Shown here: positions 63,181 to 64,000 of the stretch, in pieces
How the letters are laid out: each line of letters opens with the position of its first letter
How positions within the stretch are numbered: position 1 is the stretch's first letter
From: an uncultured Acidimicrobiia bacterium
GTDB lineage: Bacteria > Actinomycetota > Acidimicrobiia > Acidimicrobiales > AC-14
Assembly: GCA_963836205.1 (NCBI GenBank)
Contig: CAWIIV010000007.1
Span: forward strand, 224,001 to 288,000
Length of the DNA stretch: 64,000 bases
Reading direction: 5' to 3'
Made by a program: the position numbers and the translations under genes
The notes under the pieces: model-generated
Told to the model about the DNA's origin: nothing
Seen by the model: the letters and a program-made list of their open reading frames with translations, nothing else
The model's database searches: none

Positions 63181-64000
63181 TCAGATGTCGTAATAGAGCA
63201 TGAACTCCCACGGGTGGGGCCGTAGGCGGACCTCGTCGATCTCTCGCAGGCGTTTGTACGCGACCCACGTCTCGATGAGGTCGGAGGTGAAGACGCCGCC
63301 GGCGGTGAGGTAGTCGTGGTCGGCTTCCAAGGCCAATAGCGCCTCGTCCAGCGACGCCGGCACCTGCGGGACGAGGGCCAATTCCTCGGGGGGGAGGTCG
63401 TAGAGGTCCTTGTCGACGGGGTCGGGTGGCTCGATCCGGTTCTGCACCCCGTCCAACCCCGCCATCAACATGGCGGAGAAGGCGAGGTAGGGGTTGCACG
63501 ACGGGTCCGGGCAGCGGAACTCCAACCGCTTGGCCTTCGGACTCTTCGAGTACAGCGGGATCCGCACCGCGGCCGACCGGTTCCGTTGGGAATACACCAG
63601 GTTGACGGGCGCCTCGTAGCCGGGAACGAGCCGTTTGTACGAGTTCGTCGTCGGCGCCGCGAACGCCAGGATCGACGGGGCATGGGCCAGCAGCCCGCCC
63701 ACGTACCAACGAGCCATGTCGGACAGCCCGCCGTAGCCGGTCTCGGAGAAGAACAGCGGCTCACCCGCCTTCCACAGCGACTGGTGGCAGTGCATGCCCG
63801 ACCCGTTGTCCTGAAACAGGGGCTTGGGCATGAACGTCACCGACAGGTCGTGGGCCCAGGCCACGCACTTGGTGACGTACTTGTAGAGCATGAGCTTGTC
63901 GGCCATGCGCAGGAGGGTGTCGAAGCGCATGTCGATCTCGGCCTGGCCGGCGGTGCCCACCTCGTGGTGTTGCACCTCCGTCTCGATTCCCACCCGCTCG
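63181..64000 (-). CDS. glnA: Glutamine synthetase type I (5' part outside window)
   Basis: [42 protein letters not shown], adenylylation site [11 protein letters not shown]. Confidence 0.97.
   Translation of the reverse strand, partial: ERVGIETEVQHHEVGTAGQAEIDMRFDTLLRMADKLMLYKYVTKCVAWAHDLSVTFMPKPLFQDNGSGMHCHQSLWKAGEPLFFSETGYGGLSDMARWYVGGLLAHAPSILAFAAPTTNSYKRLVPGYEAPVNLVYSQRNRSAAVRIPLYSKSPKAKRLEFRCPDPSCNPYLAFSAMLMAGLDGVQNRIEPPDPVDKDLYDLPPEELALVPQVPASLDEALLALEADHDYLTAGGVFTSDLIETWVAYKRLREIDEVRLRPHPWEFMLYYDI

Overview
High-GC actinobacterial chromosome segment. Acidimicrobiia is an inference from gene content and the many TTVPPTT-type linkers. Several single-base frameshifts, one in the essential gene nadE, point to long-read indel errors. 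The conserved backbone is tRNA-Thr(CGT), holB, tmk, MFS, topA, hppA, anti-sigma/BldG-like pair, DUF1998 helicase, Tad locus, tRNA-Sec, sigma-70, nadE, glnE and glnA. Accessory blocks sit inside it. (1) A 2-methylisoborneol-synthase-like terpene cyclase with an encapsulin-cargo-type N-terminus (missed by the ORF track), divergent from a LAL regulator, plus a secreted GH16. (2) A VapBC pair and a ~9.5 kb surface-protein gene: 7 DUF11-like domains, a ~4.3 kb Thr-rich stalk, a (GPGGG)22 repeat and a polytopic membrane domain. (3) A potassium block with a KdpD/KdpE-like pair but no kdpFABC, two KimA-like transporters, two TrkA and two small OB-fold proteins. (4) A class E sortase cassette beside the Tad genes. 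(5) Between glnE and glnA, a PadR regulator, a stand-alone NACHT/STAND NTPase coupled to a single-pass receptor-like protein, and an MNT with a truncated HEPN partner. Block 5 is the best candidate for an undescribed system: possibly a split, membrane-tethered NLR-like module.
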